NCBI GenBank assembly: GCA_020137815.1
Contig: CM035360.1
Location: 7,874,001-7,938,000 of the forward strand
Direction: 5' to 3'
Length of the DNA stretch: 64,000 bases
Source: Hormiphora californensis
Lineage: Eukaryota; Animalia; Ctenophora
This document shows positions 13,083 through 25,500 of the stretch, in pieces. The translations under genes and the position numbers were made by a program. Every line of letters starts with the position of its first letter. Position 1 is the stretch's first letter. Under the pieces are notes generated by a model. It worked only from the letters and a program-made list of their open reading frames with translations, made no database searches and was not told the DNA's origin.

Positions 13083-16000
13083 TGATCGCAAAAGGCAAGC
13101 TTCCCCTCGTCCGACCCGAAGTTGCTAACAAAATTCGATTTGACAAATATTCGTTTCTCGGTTCAGGATCTAATGGCACACTTTATTTCGATTGTTAAAA
13201 TCCATTTATTTTTCACCCAAAAACTTAAATTTAAAACTTTTGTGGCGTGCGCTACACGTTAACTATATTGTTTATAGCAAAAAAGGACTATTTTACAACG
13301 AATTCCCTGGTTACTATGGTAACCAACTCCGTTGTCATGGTAAATTAATCGAACTCTATCGAGTCTATCGCCAGCAACTGTATGAAACTTTCACAAAGGC
13401 TCAAAGTTTGAATATCAAATTTGCCAAAACTGTGCAGGGGCAAAAGTTTTAATTGATTATTATTAATTTATCAATTAGAAAATCAAAAATTCGGCTCCGT
13501 TATGACTCGTAGTTATACTACTAGAACATACATACACAGTTTCATTTCGAAAAAACAAACGGTTTGGCCACAGTTTGAATATCAAAGTTGCAAAAAATGT
13601 GCAGGGGCAAACAAAATTGTGCAGGGGCAAAATTTTAATTGCTTATAATTAATTGGATAATTAATTTTGACTATTCCCACTTTTTGTCGATCTTTCTATA
13701 TGCATGAACTACATTACTACAAAATTTTAGGTCGTTATTTATAGCAGAACAGAAAATATACCATTTTTAGTTGCCTCGTTCAGGAAATGTGCAGGGGGTC
13801 GAAATCAGCGGTGCAGGGGAAAGATGGTGCAGGGGCAAAATTTTAATTACTTATAATTAATTAGTTAAATTAAAAATAAGAAATCCAGCCTTTTTATGAC
13901 TCGTAGTTATACTACTAGAACATGCATACATTCATTTCGAAAAAACAAACGGTTGGCCACAGTTTGAATATCAAAATTGCAAAAAATGTGCAGGGGTATT
14001 TGCCCCTGTACATTTTCAAAAAAAGTGCAGGGGGCCCTAAAAAAGTCCATTTTTGCATGCCTATAACTAATTAATTAATTAATTTTCAATACTCTCACTT
14101 TTCGAATATCATTTTTTATGATTGAAGAACATTCCTACAAAGTTTCAAGTCGATATTTCAAGCAGAACGGAAGATAAACCGTGTGCAGGGGCACGCGTGC
14201 AGGGGCCAAAAAATCAAAATGTACAGGGGCAATGTGCAGGGGCAAATTTTGATAGCTTATAATTAATTAATTAATTAAAAAATCAAAAATCCGGCCACGT
14301 TATGACACGTAGTTATACTACTAGAACATGCCTACAAAATTTCAGGTCGATATCTCAAACGATGTGGCCGCAATCGCTGCCTGAAATTTGCCCCCCCCCC
14401 CCCGAAAATCTTCTATTCTTTGTATATATGATCGCAAAAGGCAAGCTTCCCCTCGTCCGACCCGAAGTTGGAATTATAGGGGTTTAGTTTGTCGAACCGG
14501 CAAGTTGCTAACATATTTTAAATCTTCACTACTTCTCAAATGATCCCATACTTTCAGTCTAATCCCAAAATCCTATTAAAAATAGAGACAAAAATAACGG
14601 CACCAAACTGTGAAATGCCCTTGCATTAGTGCGAGTAGAATAAATCAATTTTGTATCTCACCACGTTAATTAATCATTAATTAAGTTAATGCTCTTATTT
14701 GTTTTAGAGGTGCTCAAATTTGATCTAAATGCCGAGTTTATAGCAAGAAAGGACTATTTTACAACGAATTCCCTGGTTACTATGGTAACCAACTCCCGTT
14801 GTCATGGTAAATTAATCGAACTCTATCGAGTCTATCGCCAGCAACTGGATGAAACTTTCACAAAGGCTCAAAGTTTGAATATCAAATTTGCCAAACTGTG
14901 CAGGGGCAAAAGTTTTAATTGATTATTATTAATTAATTAATTAGAAAATCAAAAATCCGGCTCCGTTATGACTCGTATTTATACTACTAGAACATACATA
15001 CAAAGTTTCATTTCGAAATTTCAAACGGTGTGGCCACAGTTCGAATATCAAATTTACCGAAAATGTGCAGGGGCAACATTTGCCGCAAATGTACAGGGGC
15101 AAAATGTGCAGGGGCAAAATTTTAATTGCTTATAATTAATGGATAATTAATTTTGACTATTCCCACTTTTTGTCGATCTTTCTATATGCATGAACTACAT
15201 TACTACAAAATGTTAGGTCGTTATTTATAGCAGAACAGAAAATATACCATTTTTAGTTGCCTTGTTCAGGAAATGTGCAGGGGGTCGAAATCAGCGGTGC
15301 AGGGGAAAGATGGTGCAGGGGCAAAATTTTAATTACTTATAATTAATTAGTTAAATTAAAAAAATAAGAAATCCAGCCTTTTATGACTCGTAGTTATACT
15401 AATAGAACATGCATACAACTGTACATTCGAAAAAAAAACGGTTTGGCCACAGTTTGAATATCAAAATTGCCAAAATGTTGCAGGGGATTGCCCTTGTACA
15501 TTTTCAAAAAAGTGGCAGGGGGCCCTAAAAAGTACATTTTGTCATGCCAAACTAATTAATTAATTAATTTTCAATCCTCCCACTTTCGAATATCATTTTT
15601 TTGATTGAGAACAGTCCTACAACGTTTCAAGTCAATATTCAAGCGAACGGAGATAAACCGTGTGCAGGGGCACGCGTGCAGGGGCAACAAATCAAAATGT
15701 CCAGGGGCAATGTTGCAGGGGCAAATCAATTTTGATGAGATTATTAATTAATTAATTAATTAAAAAATCAAAAAATACGGCCACGTTATGAAACGTTAGT
15801 TTATACTACTAGAACATGCCTACAAATTTCAGGTCCGACATATCTAAAACGATGTGGCCCGCAATAGCTGCCGGAAATTGCCCCCCCCCCCCCCCCCCGA
15901 AACTCTTCTAGCTGGTGCCTATATAGTGGGCCGTCACTTTTTGGATTTTGTGCAGGGGCAAAAATTTTTTTTCGTTTTTCTGTTTTCTCTCGGGTCGGAG

Positions 16001-16127
16001 GGCCTGCGGCACCTAAATATTTTTTTTTTTTGGGCCGTCACTTTTTGGATTTGGTGCAGGGGCAAAAATTTTTTTTTTCGTTTTTTCTGTTTTCTTCGGG
16101 TCGGAGGTGCCTGCCGGCACCTAAATA
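13083..16127 (+). mobile_element. Two tandem copies of a Helentron/HINE-like element rich in TGTGCAGGGGCAAA motifs
   Basis: Copies start at about 13083 and 14429 (ATGATCGCAAAAGGCAAGC); subterminal IR TCCGACCCGAAG / CTTCGGGTCGGA followed by a 3' hairpin AGGTGCC-TGCC-GGCACCT. Confidence 0.7.
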
Positions 16128-18132
16128 AGCGTCTCGCATCTTTTAGCTTGATTTTCAAAAACATGCGGTTTTCACTAAAATTTTAGTTAGCCATCAAGGG
16201 GATATCCAGATAATTTTTTGTGAAAATCCCTGTTGTTCTCTCTCACTTTAACACACCATAGTCAGTGTATACTTCTGTTGCTGTTGATCTCTCTCACTTC
16301 TCATACTATAGTTATCCAATATTTCTTGCAATAACGTACCAATGTAAGGTGTCTGACGTGGTCTAAGAAATAAAAGACATATGAGGCGCATTTCTAGATG
16401 CTTGACTCTCAAGCTCAATAGGACCAAAGATAGTGACGAGGAGTGAGAGAGAGAGAGAAGAGCGAGGGGGAGAGAGAGAGGCGAGAGAGAGAGGGATAGA
16501 GTGAGGGAGAGAGAGAGACGAGAGATGAGAGAGAGAGAGTAAGAGAGAGAGAGGAGCGAGATGACGGAGAGAGATGAGATGAGAGAGCAAGAGAGAGCAA
16601 GAGGAATGAGAAAATACGGAGGAGAAGAAAGGAGAAAGAAGAGAGGTGAGAGAAGAGAGAAGAAAAAGAAAGAAGGAGAGAAAGAGAGAGAAAGAGAGAG
16701 AAAGAGAGAGAAAAAGAGAGAAAGAGAGAGAAAGAGAGAGAAAGAGAGATGTTTATAGTAAGTAGTAGCAGTAGATGTTTATAGTAGTAGCAGTACGCTA
16801 ACTTGACCATATACATATTGAGACTCAAATATGGGGCTGATGACAAACCCACCCTTTGTGGCTCCTTTAAAGTGACAGTGGACAGAAACAGAATTGGTGT
16901 AGTAGAGCATAAAATTCCTCGCTGTGTCCCATATATAATTCTCTGCAAAACTGTTTTTGGCACTTTTGGAAGTTTGTGATTATTTTAGAATAAATTTTAG
17001 CAATTCTGAATTCAGACTTTAGTCTACATGGTCACCACTTCAGTTGCCATGGCAACAGTAAAAATTGGTGTTGAAGTGGCGAACAAGGGTAGGGTAGCGA
17101 CTGGTTATTTGAAATTGCGGCTAATTTGAAACACCCCCTCTACAGGCCAGCAGGTTCACCATGGCTAGTCAGAACTCAGGCCAAGCTCACTGTCTAAAAA
17201 TCCATGAAACCATAAACCGGGGTTAAGTGTGCAAACAAACAAGGCTACCCGGCAGAGCCAGGTGGGATTGATATCAGTCCAATCGACTAGTCGAAAGTGT
17301 CTTGTGAACCTTCTATGCTTCTATATTTCTTATAATCTCGGACCCCGATTACCGGGATCCTTGGGGGAAGCCATTTTTCCCGGTAAATCGGGGTGCCCAG
17401 TATATCTGGGCGATGGATTTTGGCCCTCTATAGACTAATTTTCACTTCTATAAGCAGTTTCTATGACACACTAAGCTTCGCTTAGCATGTTATTAGCGGT
17501 ATCTTTGCTATTGTGAATGTGAGGCAAGAATTCTAATAATCGAAAAGTGTGTGTAGTGGTGGGGAATCACGCATTGTCGTTTCAAACACAAGTACAAGAC
17601 GGATATCGATACGGCGACCTCATTAGGCATATTTATAAGAGATCACGATATGTGATTCTCTATAACAATCTACTACTTTACCCGCTGAGTCTGATATGGG
17701 TATGATGTGTCGGTCCAATCTCATTTTAAGCGGGAAAATGCAAAATGCTAAGATTACTATTCTCTATTACCGTCTTTCTACAACAAACTTACATTATTGT
17801 CCAATTCCGTGTTGGTCCACTCTGAAATGCAATAAACAAAGCGAACGTTAGAAGGTGATTGTATATTAGAAGATGATTTGTACGTTGTTTGAATGAGTTC
17901 TTTTTTTGCCCGATCTCATTGGAGGAAAGCCAAAGAGGCTGTGCTTCGTAGAAACGACTTTTACGATGACGACCCTGAGGTAGGAACAAGGGGGAATAAA
18001 ACAGCTTGTTAAAAAAGTATTTAAATTTGATGTTCAATACAAAAAGTTCAAAAAACATTTTATTACCAATGAATATCTTGATCCCCCCATGCATGTTTGG
18101 TGGTCCCTAAATCGTTGTCATCAAGACACATG

Positions 18133-18285
18133 CATGATCAGATCACCCCACTGAGGATCAGATCCTCCACCCATGATCAGATCATCCCATTGAGGATCAG
18201 ATCACCCCACCCGTGATCAGATCACCCCACTGAGGATCATATCCCCCACCCATGATCAGATCATCCCATTGAGGATCAAATCATC
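18133..18285. repeat. Minisatellite of GATCAGATCA-containing 20-21 bp units
   Basis: About seven diverged tandem units. Confidence 0.85.
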
Positions 18286-18682
18286 CGAGAGAGTTTTCTT
18301 ATATTGTTTCGTTCGGTGTATCAGCACAACTTTATACCCGTTCCTGATTGCTCCTAGATTTCCCTAGATTCAGACGGTTTGCTTCTTCAGTTCCTGATAA
18401 GTTGTCTCTTCTTAGACTCCGTTCCAGATGGTTGGGCTTCTTTCCAGATAGTATAGGAGGTCTTATGCTCCGTCTCCATGAGCTTTAATTCCCCTTAATT
18501 ATTTTTCCCTTACTTTAACCCATATGTACATTGTTCTTCTTACCCCTATGTACATTGTTCTACCTACCTTTACTCCGCAGGCCCTCCGGGCCCTCAGATC
18601 CAACAGGATCCGGGCTCGGGGGATTTAACCCTGCTCACGCATGGGACCTTACGGCCCCATGCGGGAGTGGTGCGTGTAGTGG

Positions 18683-18685
<3 letters not shown>

Positions 18686-18745
<60 letters not shown>

Positions 18746-18887
18746 GATAGAGAGATAGAGAGATAGAGAGATAGAGAGATAGAGAGATAGAGAGATAGAG
18801 AGATAGAGAGATAGAGAGATAGAGAGATAGAGAGATAGAGAGATAGAGAGATAGAGAGATAGAGAGATAGAGAGATAGAGAGATAGA

Positions 18888-18962
<75 letters not shown>
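18686..18962. repeat. (GA)n / (GAGAGATA)n microsatellite; other CT/GA tracts at about 2890-3150, 7150-7290, 10420-10890, 16440-16750, 57640-57766; (TA)n at about 50002-50094
   Basis: Direct reading of the sequence. Confidence 0.95.
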
Positions 18963-18967
<5 letters not shown>

Positions 18968-19599
18968 TACTACTTTATAATTTATGATTTACATTTCAGT
19001 TTTCAGTTTTGTAAGGACGCAGTGGGGACCAGGGTGGGGTAGCAGGTTCAAAGCACACATAAGACCTTACCGTCTTCGTGCTAGCGACCCTGTTACGCCA
19101 CCCTGAATCCTCACTTAGTTTGGTCCGTGTGGCTGGTTTGCTTGATATTAAGTATATGTTCATTTCGGCGCAATGCCACTGCCAGCGGCAGTTTGAATGA
19201 AATGAATGAATGAATGAATGAGTTAGGTTACACGGTACGGTTACACGGTACGGTTACACAGTACGGTTGCACGTGTGTTTTGACATTACCAGGATCGGAG
19301 GCACCGTGAAAGTTCGATTTTGAGCGTGAAAAGGTTACCAGGCCTGTTTTTAGACCAAATCAGAGATATTAAAAGGACCCGCCCAGGTGAATTTTTGAAA
19401 ATCAAGGAGTTATGCCGCCCTCTAAAGTGTGCATGTCTTCCTGTCAGTGTCTGTAATTCAGAATGTTCATCTTTGGTAAATAATGAATAAGTCATTTCAC
19501 TTGCGCTCTTCAGCTGTTGTATGAGATGATATTCAGAGTTGATTTGAGATCACATAGAAACGGAAACGATTAGTCGCCACGTATCTATTCATTTTGCAG

Positions 19600-22500
19600 G
19601 TCGGAGGAAGCTCGACACAATAATACGGATGTATTTCAAATACACTTGTTTTTATACCTTTTTACGTTCCTCAATAAACTATGTACCTCTCTTCAGATAC
19701 TGGAAAAGTTGATGTATGACTATGATCCCAGATCTAAGACTGACGATGGAATACTGCGCTTGTGTAAAGAAATAAAGGAACATTGGGATGGGAAAATGAT
19801 TCCACCAAATCAGTATGGGCTAAACGAGGCATGGAATAAAATTACTTCTGCTGAGGTAAAAAAGCTCAGTGTGCCACTTTTGCCCAACTATCGCCCGGGC
19901 CCTGCTTCGCTGATACTATTATCTACTAATATTGTTATCTGTCCGGTATTGTTATCTTATCTGGTAGGCGGACTCTTGGCTCCATTGCAACTTATTCTCG
20001 CTCCGCGAAGAATAGGCTCCCGCCCTGTGGACAGCAAGAACTCACGTGCACACGATGTAAAGCACGTTTTTCAGCAAATCCCGTGCGACAGACTGTTTTG
20101 GGAGACCTTTTTAGCTGACCTAGCACAACTCAAACGTCAATTACCGCCTCATTTCGCATCGTGATGAATCGGCGGGTATTTTCCCATGCTCACAAGGCCA
20201 TGACGATTCACCCAGTACCCGCAGATTGTCCCAGGACCGAGTAGGAGCTTGCAGCCAGGTCTTTAAAGAATTGCCCATGTTTAGAGTCAATTTTGACCCA
20301 CTATTCCTCAAATGCTGATACTCGCGGGTATTTTCCGTAAAACTAGAGACAATTATCTGCCAGGGGCAACAAACGAGATGCAAATCGGTTCAGTAGTTCC
20401 TTGCAGCCAGGTCTTTGAAAAAGTTTGCTCTAAAATCAATAACGGGGCAGAGACCTGTATGTGAGATCGATCTCAGTCGCGTGCGATGTCGATCTCACTA
20501 AGGTATGAATGTGACCAAGGCGGACTCTAGTGCTACACTCTAAGTCTACAGTGGACTGTATATCTAAATTTAGATTTAGATAAAGAGTCCAAATAAGTCT
20601 AAACTCTAGGAGGACTCTATGTCTAAAAAGTCTACACAGAGCGGACTCTTTATCTAAAAAGTCTACAAAGGGCGGACTCTATATCTAAATAAATCTGCAT
20701 TAGACATAGAGTACGCCATTTTCAGCGAACTCGAGATTTCGGCCGTTAGGCTGGAAACGAGAGTTTGCTGTACCTCTATACTAATTTAGAAGTGTTAGGG
20801 CTATTATTTGGGTTCGAGGTTAGGGTTAGGGCTAGGGTTAGGGTTAGTGTTGGTTTAGGATTTTAGACAAGTATAACTGTAGATAAAGAGTCCGCTTTTA
20901 GATATAGAGTCCGCATTGAATTTAGATAAAGAGTCCGTTAGCACTAGAGTCCGCCTACCATCTTATCTGTCCTATAAATATATTCCAGTTGTTTTTAATT
21001 TCAGAGCCTGGATGTCAAGTTTGCTGTTCGATCAAATGTTACTTTTAATGGTCTCCTTGACGACGATTCTCCTATTCATGGAAAAGCAGTTACTTTCCGA
21101 GTGCGTGATTGCTTACATATTAAGGCGGTGAGTACTTTAAATATATATTATGTAGGGTAAACCGGGGCAATTCGAACCACCGGGGCAATTCGAACCATGT
21201 TCTGCACGTCTCTCACCTAGTTAAGCTATCATTATGACGTCATCCTATCTCCAGAATAGTGCGAGACACTAGCGTGGTAAAAATGTGCGCCACACAAATT
21301 TCGTTTTTCAAAAAACACGCAAGAAAAAGTTTTTAAGTATCGACTTTTCACGTTTTGGCTCATAACTCCTTTTCCTGATAAGATAAAGACTTCAAACCTT
21401 CGCCATTCGATGGGACTTGAAATTCCCTTTCCAACGGTATGCGAAAGATTTCTCATCAGGAACCGGAGATATAATCAATTATGATAATACCGAAGGAAAC
21501 TTACGCGGTTATTATCATAATTGATCATATCTCCGGTTCCTGATGAGCTACAGAAATCGTTTGTTGTGCTGTTGCACCTCCCCCGCGCAGTATGAACAAT
21601 ACAAATCGTTTGCATACCGTTGGAAAGGGAATTTCAAGCCCCATCGAATGGCGAAGGTTTGAAATCTTTATCTTATCAGGAACAGGAGTTATGAGCCAAA
21701 AAGTGAAAAGTCGGACTTGAAAAACTCTTTCTTGCGTGTTTTTTGAAAAACGAAATTTGTGTGGCACGCATTTTTTTGCGTGTACCACGATAGTGTCTCC
21801 CGCTAGAAGAAAACTGCTCGTTTGAGCCTGCCTGTTACCACTAAAAGGGCTCTAGATCCGGTTTATGATGGCCAATTTCAGATTTGAAAAAACTAGCTGA
21901 AAGCTAACAATATAAGCTTTCAGATGGTATAAAAATTATTTAAATATCCGCATGTTTTCATTTCAAATTCTGGTAAATTAAAAACCACCGGGGCAATTCG
22001 AACCGGGGCAATTTGGTTAACACACCGGGGCAATTTGGTTAGTGAACCTTGTCAGATTACGCGACAAACGTTCATAGTTTATATACCCCGATAGCAATTA
22101 TACACTAATAAGAGCGACAACACAAGGTGAAACACACTAGTAGTGCTATTGATTTTAATCGATGTTAATGATGTGTTACAATACAAACTTTTTCGATGTT
22201 GATAAACAAAATTAACGTTACCCCCCCCCCCTTATAGGGGGTATGTATAAACCCGGATAGCCCGGATAATAAGTAATTTTATGAAAGCTATTCCAGCGTA
22301 TACGAGCTGGAATACTCCGGCGCGGTAATCATGCCCAGATAACTTGTATAGCCCGAATATATCAAATAAATAATAATCGAGCCCAGATATCCCGGGTTGT
22401 CCTCTATGGCTATCCTAAAAATACCTAATATCCGGGATATCCGAGCTGTCCGGGTTTATACATACCCCCTAATATAATGGAGATGGGGGACAAGTCCACA

Positions 22501-25500
22501 AACAGCCAAACCCGCCCTTAAACCCGCTCTTAAATATGCTCTTATTTGGCTTTTTTGATCTGGCTTTTTTGGCCTTTTTTTAACTTTTTTAACCTAAAAA
22601 AGTAAGGCCAAAAAGCCAAACCCGCCCTGGCGCCCTGAAATCCGGGATTGATCCGGGTTTTTATTGCCCCCCCCCTCCATATGAATCACTACCACGCAAC
22701 TTATCTCAGAAATTCAATGAGGATTGGTGGATAGGAAGAGTTGTTCGATGTGACGCACCCATTGGTTTTGTGCCAACTCCAATGAAGCTGAAAAAACTGG
22801 TTAATGAATCCTTGAGTCAACAAACTAACAACAGTAGTAGTCATAACAACACCTTGTAAGTTTTACCACCTTTTGGTAACTAAGGAACCCCACAGGTAGA
22901 CGAGCCCCCGTGACGGGTATACACAGTAGGGTCTTGCTTCTAGGGTATTGGTGGGTAATGGTACCGATGGTGGTGTTGTAGGGTGAATTCAGGATAGGAA
23001 CAAGCAAACGCAAGGTGAAGTGAAGACGGTTAGAGTTTCACGTGCAATATTCTACCCTTCCTCGCTGTAACTATGATCTTAGTACCTAGATCCATGGAAA
23101 CTGTGTCACTATTTGCACGTGGCACGTGCATACGTGTGTGTGTGTGTGTGTGTGTCACACAATTTTGAGCGTGATATTTTATCATCTTTCATACAGACCA
23201 CAGACTTTATGACAGGTTGCAACACCGTTCTGTCGTGCGGCAGAGTTTGGTACGCTATAACCTAGAGACACACACTGTGTGTCTCTAGGTTATAGCGTAC
23301 CAAACTCTGCCGCACGACAGAACGGTGTTGCAACCTGTCATAAAGTCTGTGGTCTGTATGAAAGATGATAAAATATCACGCTCAAAATTACACCAATTCA
23401 AACAAATTTATCTGGTATTCTAACTGTTTGTGGTCTGTATTGGGGCACTCTCACGCAAGCTTTTGTCCTGTCAGCTTCTGAGTCTGGAACAAGGTAACGT
23501 TTTGCCTTTGAGAGTGTCTTGATTTTGGGTCTGATATCCCGATACCGTGTTTTGAATAGTCAATTTTACACAATCTGTGAACAGACAATACGGACAGGTG
23601 AACTTACAGAATTTTGATGGATGATTGGTACCGTGATGTTGTTGATGATGAGATGAGAGGTGTATCCATTTCCAGTGGAGATGAAGATAAACAAAAACGA
23701 TTAAACTCAGATAAGGGGCAGGACTGAATGTAGCACCAATAGACTGTAAAATGTTCTAGAATACTATGCAGATTGCGGATGGGACAGATAAGAACATATG
23801 TTAATTGTTACACGCGATAAGCGACTTAGTGCACCAAAACACAAGGATTGTCTCTATAGTGTGGTGTTTAGCAATGTCCGCTATATTGGGAGAGGTGGGT
23901 GGGGTGGGGCGGTGGGTAATATTGGCCAAAAATATAGCTGTAATTTAACAAAGTTTCCCAATTTAAATTAAATGCGAAATTCCAAAGTGTGGTCGATTTT
24001 GGCCAAAAATATAGCTGTAATTTAGTGTTGAGACTAGGCCATACCCGAGAGACAGTTCAGTGGTAACTGGGAGGTCATGTGTGCTGGAAATGGGTATTGA
24101 GACGGATTTAAGTTGCATTTTAGTGAGGGGAAGAGCCCTTATTGGTGTCTGAGACGAGCAAAAGCGAAACGAACTGCAACGTAACGAACGAGTCACGTGC
24201 ATACGTATGAGGACATTTTTGCTTTTATTATAGTGAGACTAGCGCACCCAATAGGTGCGCCTCATATTTAAAGGGGTTTTGACAACCCACCCGGCAGAGC
24301 CGGGTGACCCTCTTTTATTATTCCCACAGCTGACATCAATTTTACTGTTGCCATGGCAACTTTATCGGTAACCATGAAGACTGAATCGCTACAATGTGTT
24401 CAAAAATCTCTACTATAAGTTGGAGATGAACGTCGAAGTGATGGTCGTTCGTTCAGCGGTATCTACGCGACAGTTCTCCTTCATAAAACACTTTATATGA
24501 AGAAAACTGTAAAGCTGTTATGAAACCCGATAGCTGGTTTATCAGTCGTTTGAAGATTTTGCGCGCTCATGATAACTGCTAGCTGGGGGATTTAACACCC
24601 TGCTCGCGATTTATCAGGCCAGTGTCCTTTTTCACGCGTTTCTCTTCATTTGAATAACATGCGTGTAAAATTCTAAGTATTGAAAATGTGTGTAAACACA
24701 CAGTTCTGTCAACAAAAGAAAGGGGAAACATGTCTGCAACACGTTTCAATGTTATCTCTCTCATAAGGAGTGAAAAGAATCACATTCCATTCATTTCTCT
24801 CTCTCATTGTCTCTTTTACTGTTCACTACCTCTGACAGTGTGTATTGCCCCTAATCTTTCTCTCTCTTTCTCAAACATGTTAGGAACAGTAGACACTAAG
24901 TCTACATACATTTTCAGGGTGTCTGTTGACTATTTGCCAGCAGTCCTAGTGTGTTTCACCTTGTGTTGTGTCTCTTATTTGTGTGTAATTACTATCGGGT
25001 TTCATAAAATATGAACGTTTGTTAGCCTATCGCGTTATAGGTTTAAATCACCTCCCCCTCACCCTCGGCTGGCGCCTCGGGATCGGCGTCGGGATTTAAA
25101 CCAGTTTAATCGCCCTGCCGGGCGATTATTAATCGCCGATTAAACTCCAGTTGGCTGTCCCCAGCTCGCGCTGGGAACAGCCAACTTCATAACGCGCCAG
25201 TCTACAAACGTTCATACTTCATATATCACTTTGGAACTTCCAGTGGAAGTTTGTTAATATTTTCGAATGACTTTTAACATGCCAGTCTCCATAATTACCA
25301 TTTCAGCTGCCATGGCAACCGTGTTAGTTACGTTGAAAGGGGTGAAAAGAACCATCAGGCGAAGCCGAGTTGGTTATCAAAAAGCCCTTACTTGGGTGCG
25401 CTAGTAATAAAAAACTCCCAAGAGTATGAATAACAGCTTTATAAATATGTTTATGAAGGAGCACTGCCGTTTAGCAACGCACTGAACGAACAGCACGACG

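Noticed and set aside
18133-18285. CRISPR-like repeat/spacer pattern (also 4570-4755 and 56535-56744)
   Set aside because: These are short tandem units without unique spacers, with no cas genes, in a eukaryotic context.
17789-18480. Possible nested minus-strand gene (SWRRSIRPP... / GRHRKSRFYEAQP...)
   Set aside because: The splice sites are weak, there is no recognisable domain, and the downstream part (about 17700-17825) is a decayed Kolobok-like TIR.
20810-20860. True telomere or chromosome fusion site
   Set aside because: The degenerate TTAGGG tract is internal to a MITE that occurs three times in the window.
21530-21565. CCTGATGAG...GAAA hammerhead-like core (also about 44535-44560)
   Set aside because: There is no stem II pairing and no stem I or III. 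It is the recurrent ATATCTCCGGTTCCTGATGAG motif of DNA-transposon MITEs.
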